This document shows, piece after piece, positions 25,798 to 32,905 of a stretch of 32,905 nucleotides of DNA. Each line of letters opens with the position of its first letter. Position 1 is the first letter of the stretch. Under the pieces are notes generated by a model. It ran no database searches. It was not told the origin of the DNA and was given only the letters and a program-made list of their open reading frames with translations. This stretch comes from Candidatus Rokuibacteriota bacterium (GTDB taxonomy: Bacteria > JAUVQV01 > DATDCY01). The DNA is taken from assembly GCA_031406795.1 (NCBI GenBank), contig JANOHV010000104.1:1-32905 (forward strand). The letters run 5' to 3'. Made by a program: the position numbers and the translations under genes.

Positions 25798-26110
25798 AGG
25801 CTGCTCAAAATGGTCCAGGTGGTCGCGGTACGGACGCTCCAAGGCTTGCGACAGGCGGATGCCGGGCGGGGATCAACCCCGCCCCTACGAAATATCCATG
25901 CGAGCGCAGGGGAGGGGTTCACCCGCGCCCCACCTACCAAAATACCACGGTAGTGTAGGGGAGGGGTTCGCCCCCTCCCTCCCCCTACGAAATATCCATG
26001 CGAGCGCAGGGGAGGGGTTCACCCGCGCCCCACCTACCAAAATACCACGGTAGCGTAGGGGAGGGGTTCACCCCCTCCCATCACTGCAGATGGGCCTTTT
26101 TCAGCAATCC
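25798..26110. mobile_element. Second MITE-like element of the same TIR family, with a nested REP array
   Basis: Ends AGGCTGCTCAAAATGGTCCAGGTG and CAGATGGGCCTTTTTCAGCAATCC are imperfect inverted repeats related to the 23587/24590 ends. Confidence 0.6.
25863..26079. repeat. REP array with a near-identical 100-bp tandem duplication
   Basis: 25882-25979 and 25982-26079 differ at 2 positions; each carries GCAG- and GTAG-GGGAGGGGTTC REP units; inverted REP at 25863-25888. Confidence 0.9.
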
Positions 26111-26778
26111 GCCCCGCCGCAGGTGCAGGAGCCGGTGCGGGCCTTGGTGAAAGCCTCGCGCCCCTCGCGCCACGCCAGCGCGGCGATCACCACCGCGCCG
26201 AGCGTGTCGATGTGCCGGAGGCCGGTCGCCTCGTACCCAAGACTCGAAGCGAGCAGCACGAAGGAGAGGGCGAGGCAGGCGCGCGTGCAGGCCGCATCGG
26301 CAACGATCGCCGCCGAGCCGAGCGCGCGGCCGACGGACATCTTCAGCCGGATCAGCAGCCACATCGTGATTATCGAGACCCCGGCGACCACGACCCCCCA
26401 GAAGGTGGTCTCGGGCGCGCTGCCGGCCAGGATGTTCCAGGCCGCCGTAAGCACCAGCCCGCCGGCCAGCAGGTAGAACGCCGCGCCGGTCACGCGCAGC
26501 GCCGTCTTCTCGAATCCGTCCGCGCCCTCCCCGTCCGCGCTCGCGCGCAGCCGCCGCATCATGTGCCAGATGCCGACGCCGGAGATCACCTCGACGAAGG
26601 AGTCCAGCCCGAAGCCGAAAAGGGCGACCGTCTCGTCCGCGAGACCAAAGTACACCGAAACCAGTCCCTCGAGAAGGTTGTAGCCGATGGTGACAACGGC
26701 GAGCTGCGTCGCGCGGGCGTACAGCCGCGCACGCGCCTCGGGCGCGATCACCGGCGGGGTCAGTGTCACCAGCGCCAT
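26101..26778 (-). CDS. Cation diffusion facilitator-like membrane protein (TM domain only)
   Basis: TIGYNLLEG.VSV..G, ALFGFGLDSFVE, AIVADA, IDTLGA..IA...REG.EA; six TM helices; Cys-rich tail CTCGGADC; RBS AGGAGG. Confidence 0.85.
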   Translation of the reverse strand: MALVTLTPPVIAPEARARLYARATQLAVVTIGYNLLEGLVSVYFGLADETVALFGFGLDSFVEVISGVGIWHMMRRLRASADGEGADGFEKTALRVTGAAFYLLAGGLVLTAAWNILAGSAPETTFWGVVVAGVSIITMWLLIRLKMSVGRALGSAAIVADAACTRACLALSFVLLASSLGYEATGLRHIDTLGAVVIAALAWREGREAFTKARTGSCTCGGADC

Positions 26779-26835
26779 AACCACCCTCCTCCCGATTCAG
26801 TCCCGACGGGATCCATTTTGCACTATAATGGCCGG

Positions 26836-27618
26836 ATGCGCTTTCGCCCCTGTATCGACCTGCACCTGGGCCGGGTGAAGCAGATCGTCGGCTCGACCTT
26901 CTCCGACGACGACCCGGACCGCATCGCCACCAATTTCACCTCGAGCCGACCCGCCTCCTGGTACGCCGCGCGGTATCGCCGCGACGATCTCCCCGGCGGG
27001 CACGTCATCATGCTCGGCCCCGGCAATGAGGCCGCCGCGGCAGACGCCCTGCGGGCCTACCCGGAGGGAATGCACATCGGCGGCGGCATCAACGAAGAGA
27101 ATGCCCCCGCCTGGCTCGAGCGCGGGGCGGCCGCGGTCATCGTCACCTCGCACGTCTTCCGCGACGGGCGCATCGACGAGGAGCGCCTCGCCCGCCTCGT
27201 CGCCCGCGTCGGTCGCGAGCGACTCGTCCTCGACCTGAGCTGTCGCAAACGCGACGGGCGCTACTGGGTCGTCACCGATCGCTGGCAGAAATTCACCGCC
27301 GTCGAGGTGAACCCGGCCGGCCTCGATCGGCTCGCCGGCTCCTGCGCCGAATTCCTGATCCACGCCGCCGACGTCGAGGGCCGCTGCGAAGGGGTCGAAG
27401 CCGACCTCGTCGGGCTGCTCGGCGACTGGAGCGGCATCCCCGTCACCTACGCCGGGGGCATCCGCGATCGCCGGGATCTGGAACTCATCCGCGACCTCGG
27501 CCGCGGGCGTCTCGATTTCACCGTCGGCAGCGCCCTCGACATCTTCGGCGGCACGGGGCTCGCCTACGACGAGGTGGTCGCCTTCCACCGCGCCCAGGGC
27601 GAATCGGCCGCACCTTAG
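26836..27618 (+). CDS. hisA: ProFAR isomerase, eukaryotic His6-type HisA
   Basis: MRFRPCIDLH.G.VKQIVG, GGHVIMLG, GGGI, LVLDLSCRK, DRWQKFT, EFLIHAADVEG, TYAGG, TVGSALDIFGG. Confidence 0.95.
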   Translation: MRFRPCIDLHLGRVKQIVGSTFSDDDPDRIATNFTSSRPASWYAARYRRDDLPGGHVIMLGPGNEAAAADALRAYPEGMHIGGGINEENAPAWLERGAAAVIVTSHVFRDGRIDEERLARLVARVGRERLVLDLSCRKRDGRYWVVTDRWQKFTAVEVNPAGLDRLAGSCAEFLIHAADVEGRCEGVEADLVGLLGDWSGIPVTYAGGIRDRRDLELIRDLGRGRLDFTVGSALDIFGGTGLAYDEVVAFHRAQGESAAP

Positions 27619-27625
27619 CGAGAAC

Positions 27626-30600
27626 TTGAACACCCTGCTCGAATTGCTGCGGGCGTACCCGCCGGGCCAGGTCTTCAGTCTGGCGCCGAAACCCACGCTG
27701 CTGCGGGGCATCGACTATTTCCGGCGGGGAAGCGTTGCCGGATTCAGCTGGAACGCCGACCGCACGGTCCTGACCGCCGCGGTGAGCGGCCAGACCCGCT
27801 ACCTCGTCGATGTCGAGGTCGGCGGGAGCCACCTCGATTTCACGTGCACCTGCCCGGCCTGGAAACCCGACGCGCACTGCAAACACGTGGTTTGCGCCGC
27901 GATGACGATCAAGAACCTGCTCAATCACGGCTCGTTCGTGGTGGAGGGCTGGGATTCCGGCAGACGGGAGCATCTGCTGCGGCAGATCGAGTCCGGTGCC
28001 CCGGACGAACCCCCGCCCGAGGCGGCGCGCGGGATCGTTGCGCCGAGAGCGAGCGTCGGAGCGACGATCCGGCGGGCCGCGGCCGTCGAAGGATTCGCGG
28101 TCGCGATCGTGCCGGGGCGGCCGATCGCCGACGTCGTGCTGCTGCGCGACGGCGAGCCGGCGCAGGGGTACCGCGACTTTGCGGACACGCCGCCGGTGCT
28201 GCGCCCGTTGCTCTCGCCCTACCAGCGACTCGACCGCTATGGCAAGACCTGGTTCCTCGCGCAGTATCTCGCCAACCACGGCGGCAGACACCCGCTGCTG
28301 CTGCAGACCCCGGCGGGTGAGCAGCCGTTGCGGTATCTCCCCGCGCCGGCCGATGCTGCGCGCACCGAGCTGGATCTCCGGCCTGACGGCGTCAACGCCG
28401 CGAAGATCTTTCTCCTCGACGGAAAGGAATTGCGGGGCGCGCAGATCGGCGACGGCATCGCGCTCGACGTCGACGCGGGAGTGATTTCTGCGGTGATCGA
28501 CCGGCAAGGCTGGCGCATCTGGAACGAAGTCACCTCGCTGCTCCCGCTCCCCGACGACGAAGAGGAGTTCGTCTTCGAGAACGAAGCGCCGGAGAACGAT
28601 GAAGAGGAGGAGGAACTCTCCCGAGCGGCGCTGGCCGAGCTTCTCAGCCGCATTCCGGTCTACTACCCGGCCGCCGAGGGCGCGGCGCCGCCAACCCTGC
28701 TGCTCAAGATCGGCGGGCTGCCCGTCGCCGCGCAGGCGGTGCAACCGCGCTACCGGTTGAGCATCCTCCCCGGCCGCGACCAGGACGAACGCCAGCTGCA
28801 CGCCGAGGTCATTCTCGCTGACAGCGCGGTGCTGCCCCACCCGCTGATCTCCGGGTTCCTCCAGTTCTCGCGGCTCCGCGTCTCGCAGCCGCTGCGCGCG
28901 AACAAGCGCCGGTCGGTGCTCTGCGCGGCCCTGATCGAGATGCTCGCCGCGCCGACGAACAAGGAGGCGCAGGGGGCCATATCACGGGCGGCGCGCCACG
29001 AGGCGATCGACCGGCACCACCTGCGCCACGAAGTGCGGGAGCTGCTGCAGGCCAACCTCGTCGCGTCCCGGTTGAGTTCCCGCGCCCTGATCCTCGCCGG
29101 CGAGCACTGGGTCACGGCGCCCGTCGAGCTGCGGCGGGAACTCGACCTCTTCCGGATTCCCTTCGACGTCTTCGGCTGGGAGATCTTCCGGGAGATGCCG
29201 GACGTGGACTTGCTGCGCGTGCCGGCCGAGAAGCTTCAGGCGCAGCTCCCGCAGCTGCTCGAGGCGCTCGACGCCGCGGGGATCGAACTGCAGCAGGGCG
29301 GCCTGCCCGTGCGCGCAGCGGCCTGGGAGTTCAGCTTCGACGCGCAGCGCAAGGAGGGGATCGACTGGTTCGAAATCCGGCCCGAAATCCGCTGCGACGG
29401 CCGGTTGCTCGGCGCACGCGACCTGAAGCGGATCCTCAAGGGCGGCGGAACGGTGGAGATCGACGGCCAGCTGCGGGTCGTCGACGCCGCATCGCGCGAA
29501 GTGCTCGCCCTGCTCGGCGGCGTGCGCGGCAAGAACGCCGCCCGCAAGAGCGGCAGCCGGGAGATCGTGGAGGTCCCGCGGTTGCGCATTCTCGACTGGA
29601 TCCACCTGCGGCGGCACGGCGTCGTGGTGCGCCTGCCCGCGGAGGACGAAGCGGTCGTCGATCGCCTGCTGCATTTCGAGCGGCTCGAGGCGCGAACGCT
29701 CCCCGCGGGACTGCGGGCGACCCTGCGCCCGTATCAGCGTGAAGGCTGGCACTGGCTGGCCTTCCTGTACGAGCACGGCTTCGGCGCCTGCCTCGCCGAC
29801 GACATGGGCCTCGGCAAGACGCTACAGGCGATCATCCTGCTCGGCGGCATCACGGAGGGCCTGGTGCGCGCGCCGGGCGAACACGGCCGGCGGCCGCACC
29901 TGATCGTCGTCCCCCCGAGCCTGCTCTTCAACTGGGAGAGTGAGATCCGCAAGTTCTTCCCGGGGCTGACGGTCGCCACCTACGCCGGCGCCGAGCGCTC
30001 CACCGACTTCGGGAACGCCGATATCGTGCTCACGACCTATGGCCTGGTCCGGCGCGATCTCGCGCGGCTGGGGCCGATCCCCTTCGACGTGATCGTCTTC
30101 GACGAGGCGCAGGCGATCAAGAACGCGGCCGCCGACACCACGGGCGCCGCCCGGCAGCTGCGGGCGCGTTTCAAACTGGCGATGACCGGCACCCCGGTGG
30201 AGAATCATATCGGTGAATTCATCTCGATCCTCGATCTCGCGGTTCCGGGTCTGCTCGACGACGTCAAAGAGAGTCAGGTCGAACAGATCGTCCGGCGCAC
30301 CCGCCCCTTCGTGCTGCGCCGGACCAAAGAGCAGATCCTCCAGGAGCTGCCGCCCAAGGTCGAGACCGACATCTACCTGGACCTCACGGAGCACCAGAAG
30401 ATGCTCTATCGACGGACGGTGGAGTCCGTCAAGTCCACCATCGAGGCCGCCTACCGCTCGCGCACGGCGTCCCAGGCCCGGATCATCGCCCTCACCGCGC
30501 TGCTGCGGCTGCGGCAGATCTGCGTCTCGCCGCAGCTGATCGACCCTGCGCACCACGAGCCTTCGCCCAAGATCGGCTTCCTGATCGCGCAGCTGCGGGA

Positions 30601-31081
30601 ACTGCTCGACGAGGGGCACCGGGCCCTGGTCTTTTCCCAGTTCACGTCCTTTCTCGACCTGCTCGAGCCGGAGTTCGAACGGGCCGGGATCGACTTCGTG
30701 CGGCTCGACGGCTCGACGCCGACCGCCAAACGCAGAAAGCTCGTGGAGGGCTTCCAGTCCGGCGCGGGACCGGGCGTCTTTCTGCTGAGCCTCAAGGCCG
30801 GCGGGCAGGGGCTCAACCTGACGAGCGCTTCGTACGTCTTCCACCTCGACCCCTGGTGGAACCCGGCCGTCGAAAACCAGGCGTCGGACCGGACACACCG
30901 GATCGGCCAGCGGCGGACCGTGACGATCACCCGGATCCTGATGCGCCACACCATCGAAGAGAAGATGATGACCCTCAAGCAGCGCAAGCTCGATCTCTAC
31001 AAGACCGTGCTGGCCGACGCCGAGGACGGCGGGGGCGGGGCGGCGCTCAGCAGGGAGGACCTGGCGTTCCTGCTGGGCTGA
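27626..31081 (+). CDS. SWIM zinc-finger / SNF2-family helicase-like ATPase
   Basis: CTCP..CKH SWIM motif; LRPYQ, LADDMGLGKT, DEAQ, TGTPVEN, LRRTK, FSQF, GLNLT, DPWWNPAVENQASDRTHRIGQ. Confidence 0.95.
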   Translation: MNTLLELLRAYPPGQVFSLAPKPTLLRGIDYFRRGSVAGFSWNADRTVLTAAVSGQTRYLVDVEVGGSHLDFTCTCPAWKPDAHCKHVVCAAMTIKNLLNHGSFVVEGWDSGRREHLLRQIESGAPDEPPPEAARGIVAPRASVGATIRRAAAVEGFAVAIVPGRPIADVVLLRDGEPAQGYRDFADTPPVLRPLLSPYQRLDRYGKTWFLAQYLANHGGRHPLLLQTPAGEQPLRYLPAPADAARTELDLRPDGVNAAKIFLLDGKELRGAQIGDGIALDVDAGVISAVIDRQGWRIWNEVTSLLPLPDDEEEFVFENEAPENDEEEEELSRAALAELLSRIPVYYPAAEGAAPPTLLLKIGGLPVAAQAVQPRYRLSILPGRDQDERQLHAEVILADSAVLPHPLISGFLQFSRLRVSQPLRANKRRSVLCAALIEMLAAPTNKEAQGAISRAARHEAIDRHHLRHEVRELLQANLVASRLSSRALILAGEHWVTAPVELRRELDLFRIPFDVFGWEIFREMPDVDLLRVPAEKLQAQLPQLLEALDAAGIELQQGGLPVRAAAWEFSFDAQRKEGIDWFEIRPEIRCDGRLLGARDLKRILKGGGTVEIDGQLRVVDAASREVLALLGGVRGKNAARKSGSREIVEVPRLRILDWIHLRRHGVVVRLPAEDEAVVDRLLHFERLEARTLPAGLRATLRPYQREGWHWLAFLYEHGFGACLADDMGLGKTLQAIILLGGITEGLVRAPGEHGRRPHLIVVPPSLLFNWESEIRKFFPGLTVATYAGAERSTDFGNADIVLTTYGLVRRDLARLGPIPFDVIVFDEAQAIKNAAADTTGAARQLRARFKLAMTGTPVENHIGEFISILDLAVPGLLDDVKESQVEQIVRRTRPFVLRRTKEQILQELPPKVETDIYLDLTEHQKMLYRRTVESVKSTIEAAYRSRTASQARIIALTALLRLRQICVSPQLIDPAHHEPSPKIGFLIAQLRELLDEGHRALVFSQFTSFLDLLEPEFERAGIDFVRLDGSTPTAKRRKLVEGFQSGAGPGVFLLSLKAGGQGLNLTSASYVFHLDPWWNPAVENQASDRTHRIGQRRTVTITRILMRHTIEEKMMTLKQRKLDLYKTVLADAEDGGGGAALSREDLAFLLG

Positions 31082-31108
31082 ACGAGCGGAATTCTTTTCG
31101 TCGCCCCG

Positions 31109-31912
31109 CTAGAAGCTGTACTTCACGCCGGTGGTGACGCCGACGTCCGACGCGGTTTCGGAGAGGCCGAGATCCAGGAGCGCATAGAGGCGGATGTCGG
31201 TCCGGAGCCGGTGGCTCACGGAGAACATCAACGATGTGGCCGCCGGCCGGGAGACCAGGGAACTGGCGGAGTCGTAGTACAAGCTCAGGATCCAGGCCGG
31301 CCGCGGCTGCCAGCCCAAACCGAGGTCCCACGCGATGCGGTTGCGATAGCTGAGATCCGGCGGGTCGCCGATGAAGGTGTACATGAAGTCGGCCATGGCG
31401 AAGTACTTCCCACCGAAGCGATAGCTGAGTTCGGTGCCGAAGCCGACGTCCGCTTCCCCGGTGCCGAGGTCCTCGGGCGCGGTCGGCAGTTTGAGCCGGC
31501 AGACGAGATCGACGTACGGCAGCCGCCCCTTCTGCGTCAGGGCCGCGTACTTGCCCTTCAGAACGATGTCGCCGAGTCCGGAGGCCGACGCGCCGTCCCC
31601 GCCGTCGACGGCCTGCGGCGTGCCGTCGATGACCACAACGTCGCCCGCCGTGTCCATGGAAACGTACGGGATCGTGACGGAGACCTCCCCCGGCGTGAAG
31701 AGGTACTTGAGCGTCAGCGGCACGGAGAGCATGGTGGTGGTCGCGTCGCTCCCGTACTCACCGCGCAGGTAGGAAACGGCGAGATCCGCCTGCCAGGAAC
31801 CGGCGCGCGCCGGAGCCGACGCGAGGAGCGCAGCCCAGAGGACGGCGCAAACCGCCGCCCGCAGGAACGGGCGGCGGCCACGGCCAGAGAACTTCCCGCG
31901 GGCACAGGTCAT
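31109..31912 (-). CDS. Putative outer-membrane beta-barrel (MetA-pathway/SphA-like transporter family)
   Basis: Signal peptide; SGLGDI.L.GKY, KLPTA...LGTG..D, alternating amphipathic strands, C-terminal KYSF. Confidence 0.75.
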   Translation of the reverse strand: MTCARGKFSGRGRRPFLRAAVCAVLWAALLASAPARAGSWQADLAVSYLRGEYGSDATTTMLSVPLTLKYLFTPGEVSVTIPYVSMDTAGDVVVIDGTPQAVDGGDGASASGLGDIVLKGKYAALTQKGRLPYVDLVCRLKLPTAPEDLGTGEADVGFGTELSYRFGGKYFAMADFMYTFIGDPPDLSYRNRIAWDLGLGWQPRPAWILSLYYDSASSLVSRPAATSLMFSVSHRLRTDIRLYALLDLGLSETASDVGVTTGVKYSF

Positions 31913-31924
31913 GCGCCGCCTGAA

Positions 31925-32620
31925 CTACTTCGCGGTGCGTTGAGGTTTTTCCGGCTTCTCCGGTTTTTCCGGTCTTTCGGGTTTCTCCGGCTTTTCGACT
32001 TTCTCCGGCCGTTCGGGCTTGTCCAATTTCTCGGGTTTTTCGGGTTTCTCCGGTCGTTCAGGCTTGTCCAGCTTCGCAGGTTTTTCCATTTTCTCCGGCT
32101 TGTCGAGCTTGCTTCCGCGGTCGGGCTTCGCGCCGGTGCTGGTCTCAGGGGTGGTCAGAACCGGTTCGACAGGGACAACCGTCGCGTCCTTCTTCGCCTG
32201 TCCCTTGCCGACGACTTCGCCGAGCTTGAAGCCGTTCGCCTGAGCAATCTCGCCCCAGCCCATTCCCGCCTGGCGCTGGGCGAGCAGGCCGTCGAGAATC
32301 GGCGTTATCGGCAGCGCCGTGGTCTGCGCGGTCGAGATCTTCTGCGCCAGCGAGATGGCGATCTTGATCTCGCCCCACCCCAGACCGCTCGTGCGCATCG
32401 AAGTCACCTGCGCCGGGGCGACCCCGGCCTGCTCGGCCAGTTCCTTCACTTTCCCCGGTTCTACCGGCGGGATGGCTTCGGTTTCGGTGGTGGTTGTCTG
32501 ATCGGTCGGCGCGGGCGCCGGCACCTTCTGTTTGGTTTCGGCAAGTGCAGGACTCGCCGCGGCCCAGGACACTGTCAGTATCCCGGCACAAAGGACGATC
32601 CGGAACTTTGATCTATTCAT
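31925..32620 (-). CDS. Exported protein with two GxGWGEI motifs and a C-terminal (K/R)PE repeat tail
   Basis: Signal peptide; GLGWGEIKIAISLA and GMGWGEIAQ; tail KLDKPEKMEKPAKLDKPERPEKPEKPEK...; RBS GGAGGGG. Confidence 0.8.
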   Translation of the reverse strand: MNRSKFRIVLCAGILTVSWAAASPALAETKQKVPAPAPTDQTTTTETEAIPPVEPGKVKELAEQAGVAPAQVTSMRTSGLGWGEIKIAISLAQKISTAQTTALPITPILDGLLAQRQAGMGWGEIAQANGFKLGEVVGKGQAKKDATVVPVEPVLTTPETSTGAKPDRGSKLDKPEKMEKPAKLDKPERPEKPEKPEKLDKPERPEKVEKPEKPERPEKPEKPEKPQRTAK

Positions 32621-32905
32621 GATCCCCTCCTGTTCTTTCTCGCATATCTGATCACTGCGTCGAGACTACTCCATTCGTCACCATCTTGACACGAGCAAAC
32701 ATAGTCTGGAAATCGGAAGGGAAATGTGACGCGAGACACACCAGCCGACCGCGTCATCTATACTAAAACAATGTTGGCCGCTGCTCCGTTACATCGGGCC
32801 TAACAAGCGGAGACGCACCAGTTTCTGCGCCAGAGCGTAGATGTCTTTCCCGCTTCCCGAGCGGCGGAGTCCGAGCGCCACGACGATAACGATTACCCGC
32901 GCTCG

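Noticed and set aside
25863-26079. CRISPR array (also considered for 18583-18740)
   Set aside because: Spacers are duplicated rather than unique, the units are GTAG REP palindromes, and no cas genes are present.

Overview
GC-rich bacterial chromosomal window; its gene content (system II cytochrome maturation, multiheme cytochromes, cytochrome c3) resembles anaerobic deltaproteobacteria-like lineages, but the taxon cannot be assigned from sequence alone. Positions 1-11430 (minus strand) form a co-oriented cluster: tetraheme cytochrome c3, ResB/ResC-type system II biogenesis genes, a 13-15-heme cytochrome, a 5-heme cytochrome, two thioredoxin-fold/TPR fusions that both lack the CxxC motif, a membrane 4Fe-4S protein, a CxxCH-bearing histidine kinase and a sigma54-type response regulator. 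The cluster also holds a 49-codon ORF missing from the ORF track (3726-3875) with an in-frame TGA in a UxxC motif followed by a SECIS-like hairpin, a probable selenoprotein. With the FeS protein it may replace the CcdA/ResA thiol-reduction arm, which is absent from the cluster. The rest is mostly housekeeping: a TMTC-like glycosyltransferase, a diheme cytochrome, glmU-glmS-gatCAB-tsaC, an HD-GYP protein, corA, a CDF-like transporter, His6-type hisA, a SWIM-SNF2 ATPase, and a beta-barrel/KPE-repeat pair. Intergenic DNA is rich in structured repeats: GTAG-type REP doublets, 99-bp inverted repeats around gatB, a 198-nt fold-back element between gatA and gatB, and two MITE-like elements. One of these contains a transposase-free, TIR-bounded vapBC cassette with an apparent target-site duplication.
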